IMG/VR virus record: IMGVR_UViG_3300042282_000085
DNA from: a virus
Lineage: Duplodnaviria; Caudoviricetes
Direction: 5' to 3' (one strand)
DNA: 64,000 bases
The notes below the pieces were generated by a model. That model made no database searches, was not told the origin of the DNA, and saw nothing but the letters and a program-made list of their open reading frames with translations. Positions 28,077 through 37,042 of the stretch are shown here, in pieces (within the stretch, counting starts at the first letter, position 1; each line of letters starts with the position of its first letter). Both the position numbers and the translations under genes were made by a program.

Positions 28077-29400
28077 TCCGGAAAGGCACTACCCAGTTAC
28101 TGACGTACTTGCGGTTGTTGCGCCAATTCCCATTGCCAAAGCCCAGGGTCCAGGCGTTGTAGGAATTGTACTCGGTAGAGGACCAGACGTACGTCGTGGG
28201 TAGGTTACCGGTACCATCCGCTGCATCAATCTGAGCTCGATTATTGTAGATCAATTGCAGATCCTTCGCATTGGGTAAATCATAGCCCAGACTACGGCAG
28301 TACTCTGCAGCGGGAGACCCAATACTACCCTGTCCATCGTTAATGGAGTTATAAGTAGGACTCGTCAGTACGTCAGTATTGTATTCTGATGAGTTAGGGT
28401 CAGTCGGGGTAGTAGTAGTACCGCTACCAGTCGTCCAGTTTGGAAGACTGGTATCGGTACCGTAGAGTCCCCACATTTTAGTCGTACGCTGTGAAGCCGG
28501 GGCTACTACCAGCCAATCGCCTCCTTCCTGACCGAAAACGATACCGCCGTCCGGTAGTGTAGTACCGACCCCGATCAGTGTTTCGGTTTTAAATCCAATG
28601 TATGCACTCCAAGCCGACCAATCGCCGGTACTGTCCTTATACCGCACACGGGCGTAATATTGGGTACCCTCTGCTAGGTTACTACTCGGCTGCCAGCTAC
28701 TCACAGCACCCAATTCGCCACTGTCTACCAGTCCAGTCGTAAAGCCGGTGTTGGTTGCTAATTGAAACTGGGTGCCACTATGTGTCTCATTGTTCTCAAT
28801 TGCAAAGGCAGAGGCACTCAGAGTAGGTCGCAGTACTACATCGGTAGAGCCATTTGTAGGGCCTGTCACAGATGGCGTACTGGGTGCAATCGACGTGGTT
28901 GTGAAGGTGGTTAGGGGCGAGGTAGCTGTTCCGCCGGTACTGCCTTCATAAATAACCTCTACATAGACAGTGGTAGACGCTGCAAATGCATAAAACCCTT
29001 CAACGTCAAAGGCTGTCAATGCAGTGGTGGTGCGCCCACTGGTAAACAGTAGATTGGTTTTGTTAGCATCTCCATAGAAATTCCAGATAGATGCAACGTG
29101 GGTATCCTGGGTGCCATCGGCCAGTACCCCATTAAAACTGGAGGCAGTAATGATGGGACGAATACTTACCCCGGTTGCACCGTCCAAAGGAGAAATAATG
29201 GTGGGACGTGCAATGCCTTCGAAAGATACGTCCATTGACATAACGACCCCACCTGGAGTAACACCGTCACAGATATGGAGCGAAGGTACGCCGGTACGCA
29301 GGTCAATAATCGGTTCACCCGGGGTCCCTAGATATTGTTCAATCGCATTGGACGTAAACCGCTTCCAGAGCCACGGCTCTCGCATGATTTTTGTAGCCAT
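28063..29400 (-). CDS. DGR target protein: Mtd-like N-terminus, Ig/Fn3-like domains, C-terminal C-type-lectin-fold variable domain; probable receptor-binding virion protein
   Basis: GEPIIDL...HICDGVTPGG resembles the Mtd N-terminal domain; YYARVRYKD...WSAWS is Fn3-like; AAEYC...LPNAKDL...VWSSTE...NAW...VVPFRR is CLec/DUF1566-like. Confidence 0.88.
   Translation of the reverse strand: MATKIMREPWLWKRFTSNAIEQYLGTPGEPIIDLRTGVPSLHICDGVTPGGVVMSMDVSFEGIARPTIISPLDGATGVSIRPIITASSFNGVLADGTQDTHVASIWNFYGDANKTNLLFTSGRTTTALTAFDVEGFYAFAASTTVYVEVIYEGSTGGTATSPLTTFTTTSIAPSTPSVTGPTNGSTDVVLRPTLSASAFAIENNETHSGTQFQLATNTGFTTGLVDSGELGAVSSWQPSSNLAEGTQYYARVRYKDSTGDWSAWSAYIGFKTETLIGVGTTLPDGGIVFGQEGGDWLVVAPASQRTTKMWGLYGTDTSLPNWTTGSGTTTTPTDPNSSEYNTDVLTSPTYNSINDGQGSIGSPAAEYCRSLGYDLPNAKDLQLIYNNRAQIDAADGTGNLPTTYVWSSTEYNSYNAWTLGFGNGNWRNNRKYVSNWVVPFRRIPV
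28075..28199 (-). repeat. DGR variable repeat (VR)
   Basis: 3' end of the target gene; nine TR AAC codons appear here as TAC x4, ACC, GGC, CGC x2 and GTC. Confidence 0.97.
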
Positions 29401-29465
29401 AATAAGCCTCTATAAACTGATATCGATATCGATGTGCCATGCACAGAGGATTCGGTTTAACAGCA

Positions 29466-29498
29466 TAGTCTCCCACTCCATTTAGGAGTGGGAGACTA
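29466..29498 (-). terminator. Terminator hairpin after the tRNA cluster
   Basis: TAGTCTCCCACTCC-attta-GGAGTGGGAGACTA. Confidence 0.75.
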
Positions 29499-29543
29499 CT
29501 ATTCATTATGGTGGGCCTTACGTGATTAGACCCCTACCTTACA

Positions 29544-29628
29544 TGGTGCGGAATGGGAGACTCGAACTCCCACAGCTTGCGCCACTGGATCCTAAATCCA
29601 GCGTGTCTACCAATTCCACCAATTCCGC
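29544..29628 (-). tRNA. trnL: tRNA-Leu (anticodon TAG), 85 nt, CCA encoded
   Basis: Acceptor GCGGAAT/ATTCCGC-ACCA, D-loop GGAATTGGTAGAC, anticodon arm CTGGA-TTTAGGA-TCCAG, long variable arm, GTTCGAG T-loop. Confidence 0.95.
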
Positions 29629-29973
29629 GTAGTTAGGCCCGCAGTGAGGGGGCGAATAGTTTCCAGCTAAACACCACCTGCCAGTCCACACACGGTGTAC
29701 CGGCCACCTCACCACTTGTGCTATCTCAGCTTAACCGTCGGATATTCTCGCACCTTATATCCTCACGTACCCCTACATCCCACCAATAAAAGGCTAGGAC
29801 ACCTTACCCAAGTCCGTCCATTGGCAACAGTCGACATTACGTCGACCGGCAGTTATGCGTTAGCCGTTGTGGCATGACCTATCCCATCCGAGGATTTGGA
29901 TGGTTAAAGGGAATAGTCACCTATTGCTACTGTACCAGCCGATGACACTCTGATACAGGGAACTCGTTTAGAA

Positions 29974-30058
29974 TGGTACCCGGAGCGGGACTCGAACCCG
30001 CACACCATAAGGCAGGTGGACTTAAAACACCAATGTCTACCAATTCCATCATCCGGGT
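29974..30058 (-). tRNA. trnL: tRNA-Leu (anticodon TAA), 85 nt, CCA encoded
   Basis: Acceptor ACCCGGA/TCCGGGT-ACCA, anticodon arm GGTGT-TTTAAGT-CCACC (one U-C mismatch), GGTTCGAGTCC T-arm. Confidence 0.92.
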
Positions 30059-30094
30059 ACTGTTTCTACAAACTATATACTGCGCATGTAGAAA

Positions 30095-30412
30095 TTAATC
30101 AGACACCGTATACACCTTTCCCATAGCGCGACAGACTGCACGTTCAAATTCCATCCGTTGACACGCACCGGCCTCCATGAGCCGTATACGGGAGTAGGTC
30201 TCAGCTAACGTACTGCAGTTCTCTACTATAGTTGAACATAGTCCTAACCAGAAACCCCCTACCGCTAAGACGCCTTCTGACAAGTGTATTTCTAGCGTAG
30301 AGTGCGGGGTTAGCCCCATATGGCATGCGAGATGTTCACCCTGGGTACGTGTCATTAAGGGTCGACCGACCCACTCATACCCCAGTGCAAGTTTTTTAAC
30401 TGACCCATCCAT
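30095..30412 (-). CDS. Hypothetical protein, weakly STAS-like (DUF4325-like)
   Basis: Pattern RTQGEHL...LEIHLSEGVLAVGGFWLGL; TAATG coupling to the upstream ORF. Confidence 0.4.
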   Translation of the reverse strand: MDGSVKKLALGYEWVGRPLMTRTQGEHLACHMGLTPHSTLEIHLSEGVLAVGGFWLGLCSTIVENCSTLAETYSRIRLMEAGACQRMEFERAVCRAMGKVYTVSD

Positions 30413-30870
30413 TACACTTCATCCAGCCATTCGATAACAATATCAGTAGGGTATATAAAGTACCCTCTCCCCGGCGTGTTGTACGCCTCACTCTGCTCAA
30501 ACCCCCTAGGGCGATACACCTTCACTCGACCATTGTGCACCATTTTAACAGGTTCCAATATCCAGTGCTCCCCTGTAATGTGGGCGGTTGCGACATGTGA
30601 ACATTGTGTTAAAACGTCGCTTGTAAGCAGGTGCTTATCCGAAACCCCTAAGGGTCTATAGGTGTGTAAGATAAGGTACTCTAACGCTGGATCGTTTTTA
30701 AAGAAACGACCCAGGCCTGGATACAGGGACTGCACACATTGTTCAATGGTGGGACATGCCGAGATATGGGCAGGCTCACCTATTACCTCCTTACGGGGAT
30801 ACCAGACGGTCTCCAGGGTGCGGTCGAACGAAAGATGCCATAGCTGTAGATGCGGTTCAGTTACTGACAT
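30412..30870 (-). CDS. Hypothetical jumbo-phage protein
   Basis: LWHLSF...ISACPTIEQC...TGEHWILEP; operon context. Confidence 0.6.
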   Translation of the reverse strand: MSVTEPHLQLWHLSFDRTLETVWYPRKEVIGEPAHISACPTIEQCVQSLYPGLGRFFKNDPALEYLILHTYRPLGVSDKHLLTSDVLTQCSHVATAHITGEHWILEPVKMVHNGRVKVYRPRGFEQSEAYNTPGRGYFIYPTDIVIEWLDEV

Positions 30871-31069
30871 GTGGAAATGCCTTAGCCTCTGGGTTGGTTT
30901 CTATAAGGGCACGGTCCGGATCTAGCCCACGTTCGTTGTTAGGGTCGCGACTCGTCCCTTCGCCTTGCGTAATAATGCTACGTAGCATACTCAGGTGATA
31001 CCGATACAGCGCCTCTACCTTACACAGGCGTTCATACTCAGCCTGTGTGATCTCGATCGTATTTTCCAC
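30857..31069 (-). CDS. Small hypothetical protein
   Basis: GGGAGG RBS and GTG start. Confidence 0.5.
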   Translation of the reverse strand: MENTIEITQAEYERLCKVEALYRYHLSMLRSIITQGEGTSRDPNNERGLDPDRALIETNPEAKAFPHVSN

Positions 31070-31081
31070 ATCGCCTCCCCA

Positions 31082-31627
31082 TTACCATAGAAACCAATCG
31101 TCCACACGGGACTCCATGGAGACTTCGGTATGTTTGAGTAACCGTTTTCTAGCCGCTGCTTTGTTCGCCTCATTAAAGGGTAGGGTGGATTTCCATCCCC
31201 ACTGCAGCAAGGCCTGTCGCTGCTTCAAACGCTTCGTCTCATCCTTTAAATCCCCACTGGCGACTATCTGTCCCTGGTGCCGTGCTATAAAGGATTTCCA
31301 CCGCCCAATCTGCCACGCATCCTCTTCTGGAAGCCGTCTACCAAGCCAATAGAGACAATACCACCCATGCCAGCCCCAGGGAGAATCTTTAGTCGTCCAC
31401 CCCTTTTCCTTCCAATGGGAGAGCGGGAGTCTGGATTTTACACCGTAATAATTAAGGCTAGGGTCCGGCTCAGCGTCTTTGGATAGTACCTTCTTAATCT
31501 GGTACCAGCTTTTAGGGAGTCCCTTAATAGCGTTAATGTATTTACCTTCAAACACCCCCATCTCCAACATCTCTACTGGGGTATAGTAGGGGGTGAACTC
31601 AGGGTCCCATAGGGGTGTTTTAGCCAT
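31082..31627 (-). CDS. Conserved Trp-rich uncharacterised protein of large viruses
   Basis: FTPYYTPVEMLEMGVFEGKY, NYYGVKS, WYCLYWLGRR...QIGRW and RQALLQW motifs. Confidence 0.7.
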   Translation of the reverse strand: MAKTPLWDPEFTPYYTPVEMLEMGVFEGKYINAIKGLPKSWYQIKKVLSKDAEPDPSLNYYGVKSRLPLSHWKEKGWTTKDSPWGWHGWYCLYWLGRRLPEEDAWQIGRWKSFIARHQGQIVASGDLKDETKRLKQRQALLQWGWKSTLPFNEANKAAARKRLLKHTEVSMESRVDDWFLW

Positions 31628-31638
31628 AGGGGTACCTA

Positions 31639-32103
31639 TTAAGGCGTCTCAGTGGGTGGGAGGAAAATAAGGGGTGTTTCGGATACGGTCGATGTATCTG
31701 TGGTAGTCTGATTATAGCTGTCACTAACCATTACATCCGTACTGGTTGTAACCGTTTCACTGGTACTGCTATTTGCTTCTATCTGGGTACTGGTCGTGGT
31801 GGAGGAGCCGTTCATGTACTCGAAGCCCTTAGCGATTGCCACATAGGGTGCTACCCCTAAGAGTACCGATGAGAGGTGACGCATTGCATTGTTCGCAACG
31901 TCATATCCATTGGTCGGTAGATCCACCTTTTTATTGGGATCAAAATACTCAAACCGTGAGAAATTACACCCCTGTGTAGGGCACTCAATTCTAAACGTAG
32001 GCTGCGCTAACTGCGCCTCTATCAGTGCCTGTTCGCCCGGTTGCATGCTGCTGCATCCTGTAGCCACTAGAACTGCGGCAGATACTGCCAATGTACGGTA
32101 CAT
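31639..32103 (-). CDS. Predicted lipoprotein with a Ser/Thr-rich tail
   Basis: MYRTLAVSAAVLVATG-C signal peptide and lipobox. Confidence 0.7.
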   Translation of the reverse strand: MYRTLAVSAAVLVATGCSSMQPGEQALIEAQLAQPTFRIECPTQGCNFSRFEYFDPNKKVDLPTNGYDVANNAMRHLSSVLLGVAPYVAIAKGFEYMNGSSTTTSTQIEANSSTSETVTTSTDVMVSDSYNQTTTDTSTVSETPLIFLPPTETP

Positions 32104-32142
32104 AGTGACGCTCCTTTGTTATATACGTCTATACGATCGTCC

Positions 32143-32703
32143 CTACCCTAACAGACGCCGCTGCTCATCGGACAGGCTTATTAATGTAGGAGAGGCGACT
32201 CCGTCGGGACTATGTAAGTACACTGTATGGTCATCCGCGCTGCGACACTGATAGTAGGTACCTTCTTCTGTTATCTTCGTACGGTACATCATGAACGGTC
32301 GGACACCTACGTCAAGCGTCTTACCAGTAGGGGTAAAGCTAAACCCCACTACGTCCACCATCGGCTTATGCATGTAAGTCGATGTGACCACTAACAGAAT
32401 GTTGCACTCGTCCACACGGTGCAATGTAACACCCTGTATTTCAGTTTTATACAGAGCCGTTTCACTGTAACCGGTTACGAGACTTTCCGTTTCGCTACAG
32501 AACCACTGTCCGTAGACACCTAGCATATCGCCCTGCTCGACTGAACGCAGTAAAGGGCGAATCACGACCACTCCGGCACTATGGTTCAGCCCCTCCTCAA
32601 ACAATACCCGCCCTTCGCAGACCGTGCTGGAATATAACAGGTGACGTTTACGTACCTTTAACCATGCACCGTCTTCTTTATAATCATACTCTAAATAGTC
32701 CAT
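32143..32703 (-). CDS. Hypothetical beta-rich protein
   Basis: 186-aa ORF with a GAGGG RBS. Confidence 0.55.
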   Translation of the reverse strand: MDYLEYDYKEDGAWLKVRKRHLLYSSTVCEGRVLFEEGLNHSAGVVVIRPLLRSVEQGDMLGVYGQWFCSETESLVTGYSETALYKTEIQGVTLHRVDECNILLVVTSTYMHKPMVDVVGFSFTPTGKTLDVGVRPFMMYRTKITEEGTYYQCRSADDHTVYLHSPDGVASPTLISLSDEQRRLLG

Positions 32704-32710
32704 ACTACCC

Positions 32711-33124
32711 TCAATGTCGTATCTGAATGACGCTTAACGTACCCTTCGTCCCCTCACGCCGTACCGTAAAGGCACCGCCGTTCCACGTAAAGGTATGGAG
32801 TGTATCGTCCCCTATGGTGTGGATGGGACCTCTTTGGCACCGTGTCACTGCTACGGTTCCTTCTCCTACACTGAGGGCGATTAGCTCCACGTCATCTGTA
32901 GAGTCATAGTGACCAACGTATATCCCTAACTCATCATAGACGGTGACAGGCAGCGTCTTTATACCCACTACGCCTAATGGTACCCGTACACTGTAGTTCA
33001 CATCCCCCATCACACCGATAAGACGTAAGTGTCCACTAACCCCATCGACTCGTTCCTTCGACACTCCGACGCAGTACTCTACCCGCCCCATAGGCGTCTC
33101 TACTGCCTTTATTACATAACCCAT
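32711..33124 (-). CDS. Hypothetical beta-rich protein
   Basis: 137-aa ORF with a GGAGGG RBS. Confidence 0.55.
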   Translation of the reverse strand: MGYVIKAVETPMGRVEYCVGVSKERVDGVSGHLRLIGVMGDVNYSVRVPLGVVGIKTLPVTVYDELGIYVGHYDSTDDVELIALSVGEGTVAVTRCQRGPIHTIGDDTLHTFTWNGGAFTVRREGTKGTLSVIQIRH

Positions 33125-33153
33125 ACATTACCCTCCACGTGTAACATAATCCC

Positions 33154-33780
33154 TTAGACGGCCTCAGCGGCCGTTTCCACCATATTGATTCGCAGGGTAT
33201 ACCGATCCCCTAAACAATTAACCAAAAGGTCACGCGCCTCCTCACCCTCAATGGTAAAATCCACCTCAATTGAACCAATATGGGTAATGTCCGAGACTAC
33301 CCCTTCATGTAACTCCCCTCGATGGGATATCAGGTATATGTCCGGTATAACCTCATCCTCACAAACTATCATTAGATAGGTATCCAGTCCGGGGTTACTA
33401 ATATCTACGATCTGGGGTGGCGACTTTGATTCGATCTCTGTACTGGTAACCGACGGTGGGTAGTTACGCACCGGTGCATCTAAGTCCACCCGCGTAATGC
33501 GTTGACCGTGACGTTTATCGTAGCTGTAGATAGAGAACTGGCCACGGCTATACCAGTAGTGCATATAACGATCGTCCTCACACTCGACCAAGGGTACCTC
33601 TATAGGGGTCATGAAGATACGGCGCAGTGTACGTGTAAACCAGTTGCCCCCTATCATGGCTGGTTCGATTCGAAGTACAAATCGTTGGATTAAATGATCT
33701 TTAGGTCCTTCTACTGTCTCAGAATAGATAATAGCTAGACCCTTCTCTGGAGTACCGATCTCTAAAATGACACTGCGCAT
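33154..33780 (-). CDS. Hypothetical protein
   Basis: 208-aa ORF with an AAGGA RBS. Confidence 0.6.
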   Translation of the reverse strand: MRSVILEIGTPEKGLAIIYSETVEGPKDHLIQRFVLRIEPAMIGGNWFTRTLRRIFMTPIEVPLVECEDDRYMHYWYSRGQFSIYSYDKRHGQRITRVDLDAPVRNYPPSVTSTEIESKSPPQIVDISNPGLDTYLMIVCEDEVIPDIYLISHRGELHEGVVSDITHIGSIEVDFTIEGEEARDLLVNCLGDRYTLRINMVETAAEAV

Positions 33781-34373
33781 GGTTACATTTCCTTTATTAA
33801 AGACTCTATCTGATTCTTACCATGTACACTTTTTAACCAGAATATAGAGCATATACCCCAAACCCCAATGTTTACAGGGGTCTGGTTTCTTAAGTGCTTG
33901 ATTTTAAAGGGATTTTCGAAAATCCAGAGTTGTAAGGCCCCTCTCCCCCTTCCGGTCGTCTCTCCTGGTTCGTGTCTCGCTTTCCAGCTCGCCCCTCCCA
34001 GGGCGAGCCTGGAAGTGGTTGAGGTCTTTTTTTCTCTCTAAAAAATACATACGTCTTGTGAAAATTCACAAGACTTGTAAAATAGTCAATAAAATCAGAG
34101 GTAGGAGGAACGACTACCGATAACAGTAATTAGCCCTACACCCTTTTAGGGGGTGTAGGGTTTTACAGGTTTGAATAGAGGGTACTCTGTAGTAGAGTAC
34201 ACTGTACACTAGAATGCAGTAGACATAAACACCAGTAGCCCAGCGAAGCGTTACACCTAACCCAGCGTAAGCTAAATTGGCCTTACCGGCCTGAGGTCAC
34301 AAAAATGGGTGGCGCGCGCGGCACCGATTATTTTACTATAGTAAGAATGTACAATAAAAAAAAAAATAGATAG

Positions 34374-34403
34374 TCCCTACCCACCCATAAGGGCAGGTAG
34401 GGA
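34374..34403 (-). terminator. Intrinsic terminator after the NUDIX gene
   Basis: TCCCTACC...GGTAGGGA stem with a long U-tract on the minus strand. Confidence 0.75.
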
Positions 34404-34409
34404 TAATAG

Positions 34410-35216
34410 TTAGCGCTTACTGAACCACTCTTTAAGGGTCAACTCACCGCCACACTTGATCTTGTGGTACAGGTAGTCTTCCAGTATGATCTCGGTCCAA
34501 CGCTCACAGTCGAACTCATCCAGAATATCCTGAGGATCCATGAAGCCATTGAATACCAACTCATCCTCAGCGGTCGTCCACTCCTCAGTCGTCACCGAGA
34601 TAAGGATAGGACAGCCAAGGTGAACGGCTTCAACACCGCCTTCAGCTGCAATCTTATTGCGCATATGAACGGACTTTACCTTGAAGCCCAGTACCGATGC
34701 AATCTGTCCATGCCAGCCACTATCGGTCTTCTGATAATAGCCAAAGCCACCCTCTACAAACTCACCGGCATTGACCTCAGCCGTCGGTACCAACTCTTCC
34801 ATCAACTCACGCATGATAGCCTGATGGTAAGTGGTGTCCCAATCTAGCCGCTCAGAACGACCATTACTCCAGGCCAAATCGGACATATCAATGTGGCCGC
34901 CCAGACCTACGGAGTGCTTGCCCAGCAGGCGATCTTCCCCAATGCCTTTAGTGCGCTGGTAGGTAAAGAGCTTACCGTTGCACTCTACGAGGACATAGGG
35001 GAGAACCTGACGGTAGTTAGGATTAACCTCTAGTCCAGCCCGCTGGCCGATAAAGATGTCACCCCCCTCTACAGTAAAGGGGACCAGGTTCGTATTGTCC
35101 GCTTTAGGGACGATGTTAGCCGGTACAGCGAAAATATGTTCTTGATGTTTCATGACGTGTCCTTTTATGGAAAATGAAGTTATTTTCAGCTCGTACATTA
35201 GGGCAATGCCTACCAT
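34410..35216 (-). CDS. Predicted NUDIX-family phosphoesterase (start probably MKHQE at 35153)
   Basis: YRQVLPYVLV...YQRTKGIGEDRL...SVGLGGHID...RELMEEL...VHLG. Confidence 0.8.
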   Translation of the reverse strand: MVGIALMYELKITSFSIKGHVMKHQEHIFAVPANIVPKADNTNLVPFTVEGGDIFIGQRAGLEVNPNYRQVLPYVLVECNGKLFTYQRTKGIGEDRLLGKHSVGLGGHIDMSDLAWSNGRSERLDWDTTYHQAIMRELMEELVPTAEVNAGEFVEGGFGYYQKTDSGWHGQIASVLGFKVKSVHMRNKIAAEGGVEAVHLGCPILISVTTEEWTTAEDELVFNGFMDPQDILDEFDCERWTEIILEDYLYHKIKCGGELTLKEWFSKR

Positions 35217-35253
35217 ACGTTCAGTAGGCGTACAGTGTTTTAGTTACTTGTTT

Positions 35254-36342
35254 TCAATGGCCCATGTAGCCAAACCCTTTGACTCTATGGTTAAGGTCCA
35301 TTGAGGTGGAGGTAGCTTCAGCCAACGTAGCGGTGGTAAGGTCAACCGGCGGAAGACCCATGTGGGTGCGTACACGTGTCACCTCCTCACCCTCCAGTGG
35401 TCTAAATTTCAAAATGCCGTAGCATCGACCCGGCCGCAGTAGGGCCGAGTCTACCTTACTGGTACTCTCCAGGTTGGTGGATATAATGATTTTAGCGCGC
35501 GTACTCACAAGTCCGTCCGCACCATTCAGTAGGGTCGACATAAGGACATTGCCTTCTGTACGGGTGCGCACAAATGCATCAGCATCCTCCATTATCAATA
35601 GTCCCACCTCATCGTCCTGCATGTCCTCTGCAAGTTTAGTGCTCACGCCGGGGTGCTCCAATACCGCGGCGTCCTGATATAGGCTGACATTCTCTACGCC
35701 CTGCCTGGCTGCCGCCATGGTTAACCCTTTGATGTAGCTGGTTTTGCCGGTACCCGGAGGGCCAATGATAAAGAGTACGTTGGAGGTCGACCCCATAAAG
35801 GCGGCCATCAAATCCTCCGGTGACTGGTCCAGATACGGATAATGTTCCGCTTTAAAGGTGGGAACACTATCCTCCGTCAAGGGTAGTGCCTTGCTAGTGA
35901 TGCCACGGGCGCTAACACGGTAGACGTTGACCATTACCTGTGTGGCGAGTGTGAAACAACTATTCATCATCTCCAGGTATTTTTTCTCCCACTCATCGTC
36001 TATGACTCCAACGACGGTTAACGTCCCGTGAGTATTTTCCCGTACGCAAATGCGGCCAACCAGTTCATTAGGGTCGTCCCGATTATAGAGGACGACTGTG
36101 CGAGGTCCATAAATGGCCGCCCCCATCGTCATGCACTGATTATCGATTGCCCGTGCCAATGCCCCCAGCGCACCCGTAAGGGTATCAGGCGACTCACCCG
36201 TAGTAATGCGGTGTCGGTGCAGGATGGGGCAGATCCCCATGTTGTAGAGGCGGGCATCCAAAAAGATCTCGGGATACTGTTTATCGTTTGCCATAGCGGC
36301 CTCTTGTGCGATTTTCTCTACCAGCACGTTGCGTTTTAACAT
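35254..36342 (-). CDS. AAA+ ATPase
   Basis: Walker A GPPGTGKT, Walker B LLIMEDAD, SRH region STN...DSALLRPGR. Confidence 0.9.
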   Translation of the reverse strand: MLKRNVLVEKIAQEAAMANDKQYPEIFLDARLYNMGICPILHRHRITTGESPDTLTGALGALARAIDNQCMTMGAAIYGPRTVVLYNRDDPNELVGRICVRENTHGTLTVVGVIDDEWEKKYLEMMNSCFTLATQVMVNVYRVSARGITSKALPLTEDSVPTFKAEHYPYLDQSPEDLMAAFMGSTSNVLFIIGPPGTGKTSYIKGLTMAAARQGVENVSLYQDAAVLEHPGVSTKLAEDMQDDEVGLLIMEDADAFVRTRTEGNVLMSTLLNGADGLVSTRAKIIISTNLESTSKVDSALLRPGRCYGILKFRPLEGEEVTRVRTHMGLPPVDLTTATLAEATSTSMDLNHRVKGFGYMGH

Positions 36343-36387
36343 ATAGACTCCTCACCTATGTATTGGGTATTTTACAGAATGCGCCAT

Positions 36388-37041
36388 TTACTCATCAGCG
36401 ATTGATGAGCAGCTACACATTCCACCACACGCGAAGCATACGGGGGAGAACATGAGTTGCCCACGGTAAGCCTTGAGCTCTCTATACGTTTCACGTATAT
36501 CTGCCAGGGCGGTGTGGGCGTAAACTTTATCGATGGGCTTAAGTAGACCCGGGAAGGCGTACTTGAAGCCCGATACGTCCACCATCTGGTAATGCAGGTA
36601 TGAATCCAACGTGGGCATTTGGTGGCGAATAAAGTCCCGATCAAAGCCGATGCTGTTGCCCGTCAGTACACCGTTATTGTCTGGATTATCCCGATTGAAC
36701 TGGGTAATCCCCTGCTCTTTCAGGAACTGAATGAGTTGCTCCTCTGCGTCCTTCAGAGTAGTATTGGACTGCTGACATTTCTCCAGTAAGCCACTTTTGG
36801 TGTGTTGCTCCAGTGCCCAAGGGTGGAGCTTGGCAATGTCATCACTGGAGGCATGTATCGCTACCTCAAAGACGTTAACCTTTTCGATGTCCTCGGACAT
36901 TTCCAGGTCGGTGACAAAGCAGGCTACCTCCAAGATTGGATAAGTAGCTGCCCCATAGAAGCCTCCCTCCTGATAGCCGCTCAGACCACCCGTTTCCATA
37001 TCCAGCCAAACCAACTTACGTTTATAAAGATTCTCTAACAC
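36388..37041 (-). CDS. orn: Oligoribonuclease (DEDDh 3'-5' exonuclease, Orn-like)
   Basis: LVWLDMETGGL, ILEVACFVTD, HTKSGL, GNSIGFDRDFI...LHYQMVDVS and HTALADIRET. Confidence 0.88.
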   Translation of the reverse strand: MLENLYKRKLVWLDMETGGLSGYQEGGFYGAATYPILEVACFVTDLEMSEDIEKVNVFEVAIHASSDDIAKLHPWALEQHTKSGLLEKCQQSNTTLKDAEEQLIQFLKEQGITQFNRDNPDNNGVLTGNSIGFDRDFIRHQMPTLDSYLHYQMVDVSGFKYAFPGLLKPIDKVYAHTALADIRETYRELKAYRGQLMFSPVCFACGGMCSCSSIADE

Positions 37042-37042
37042 C

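Larger units (their letters stand above)
26005..29400 (-). mobile_element. Diversity-generating retroelement cassette (target-VR, avd, TR, RT)
   Basis: All four components are present in BPP-1-like order, and TR/VR differ only at TR adenines. Confidence 0.97.

Noticed and set aside
25900-29630. Integrase-mediated island with att sites at the tRNA-Leu next to the DGR
   Set aside because: No integrase gene and no duplicated tRNA 3' end were seen on the far side of the cassette.
29544-30058. tRNAs with TAG/TAA anticodons as stop-codon suppressors, implying an alternative genetic code
   Set aside because: Anticodons TAG and TAA read the Leu codons CUA and UUA; suppressors would be CTA or TTA. 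Long conserved genes are intact in the standard code.
30412-30870. Possible ADP-ribosyltransferase-like fold (His, Ser, Glu spacing)
   Set aside because: The resemblance is too weak to support without structure prediction; left as hypothetical.
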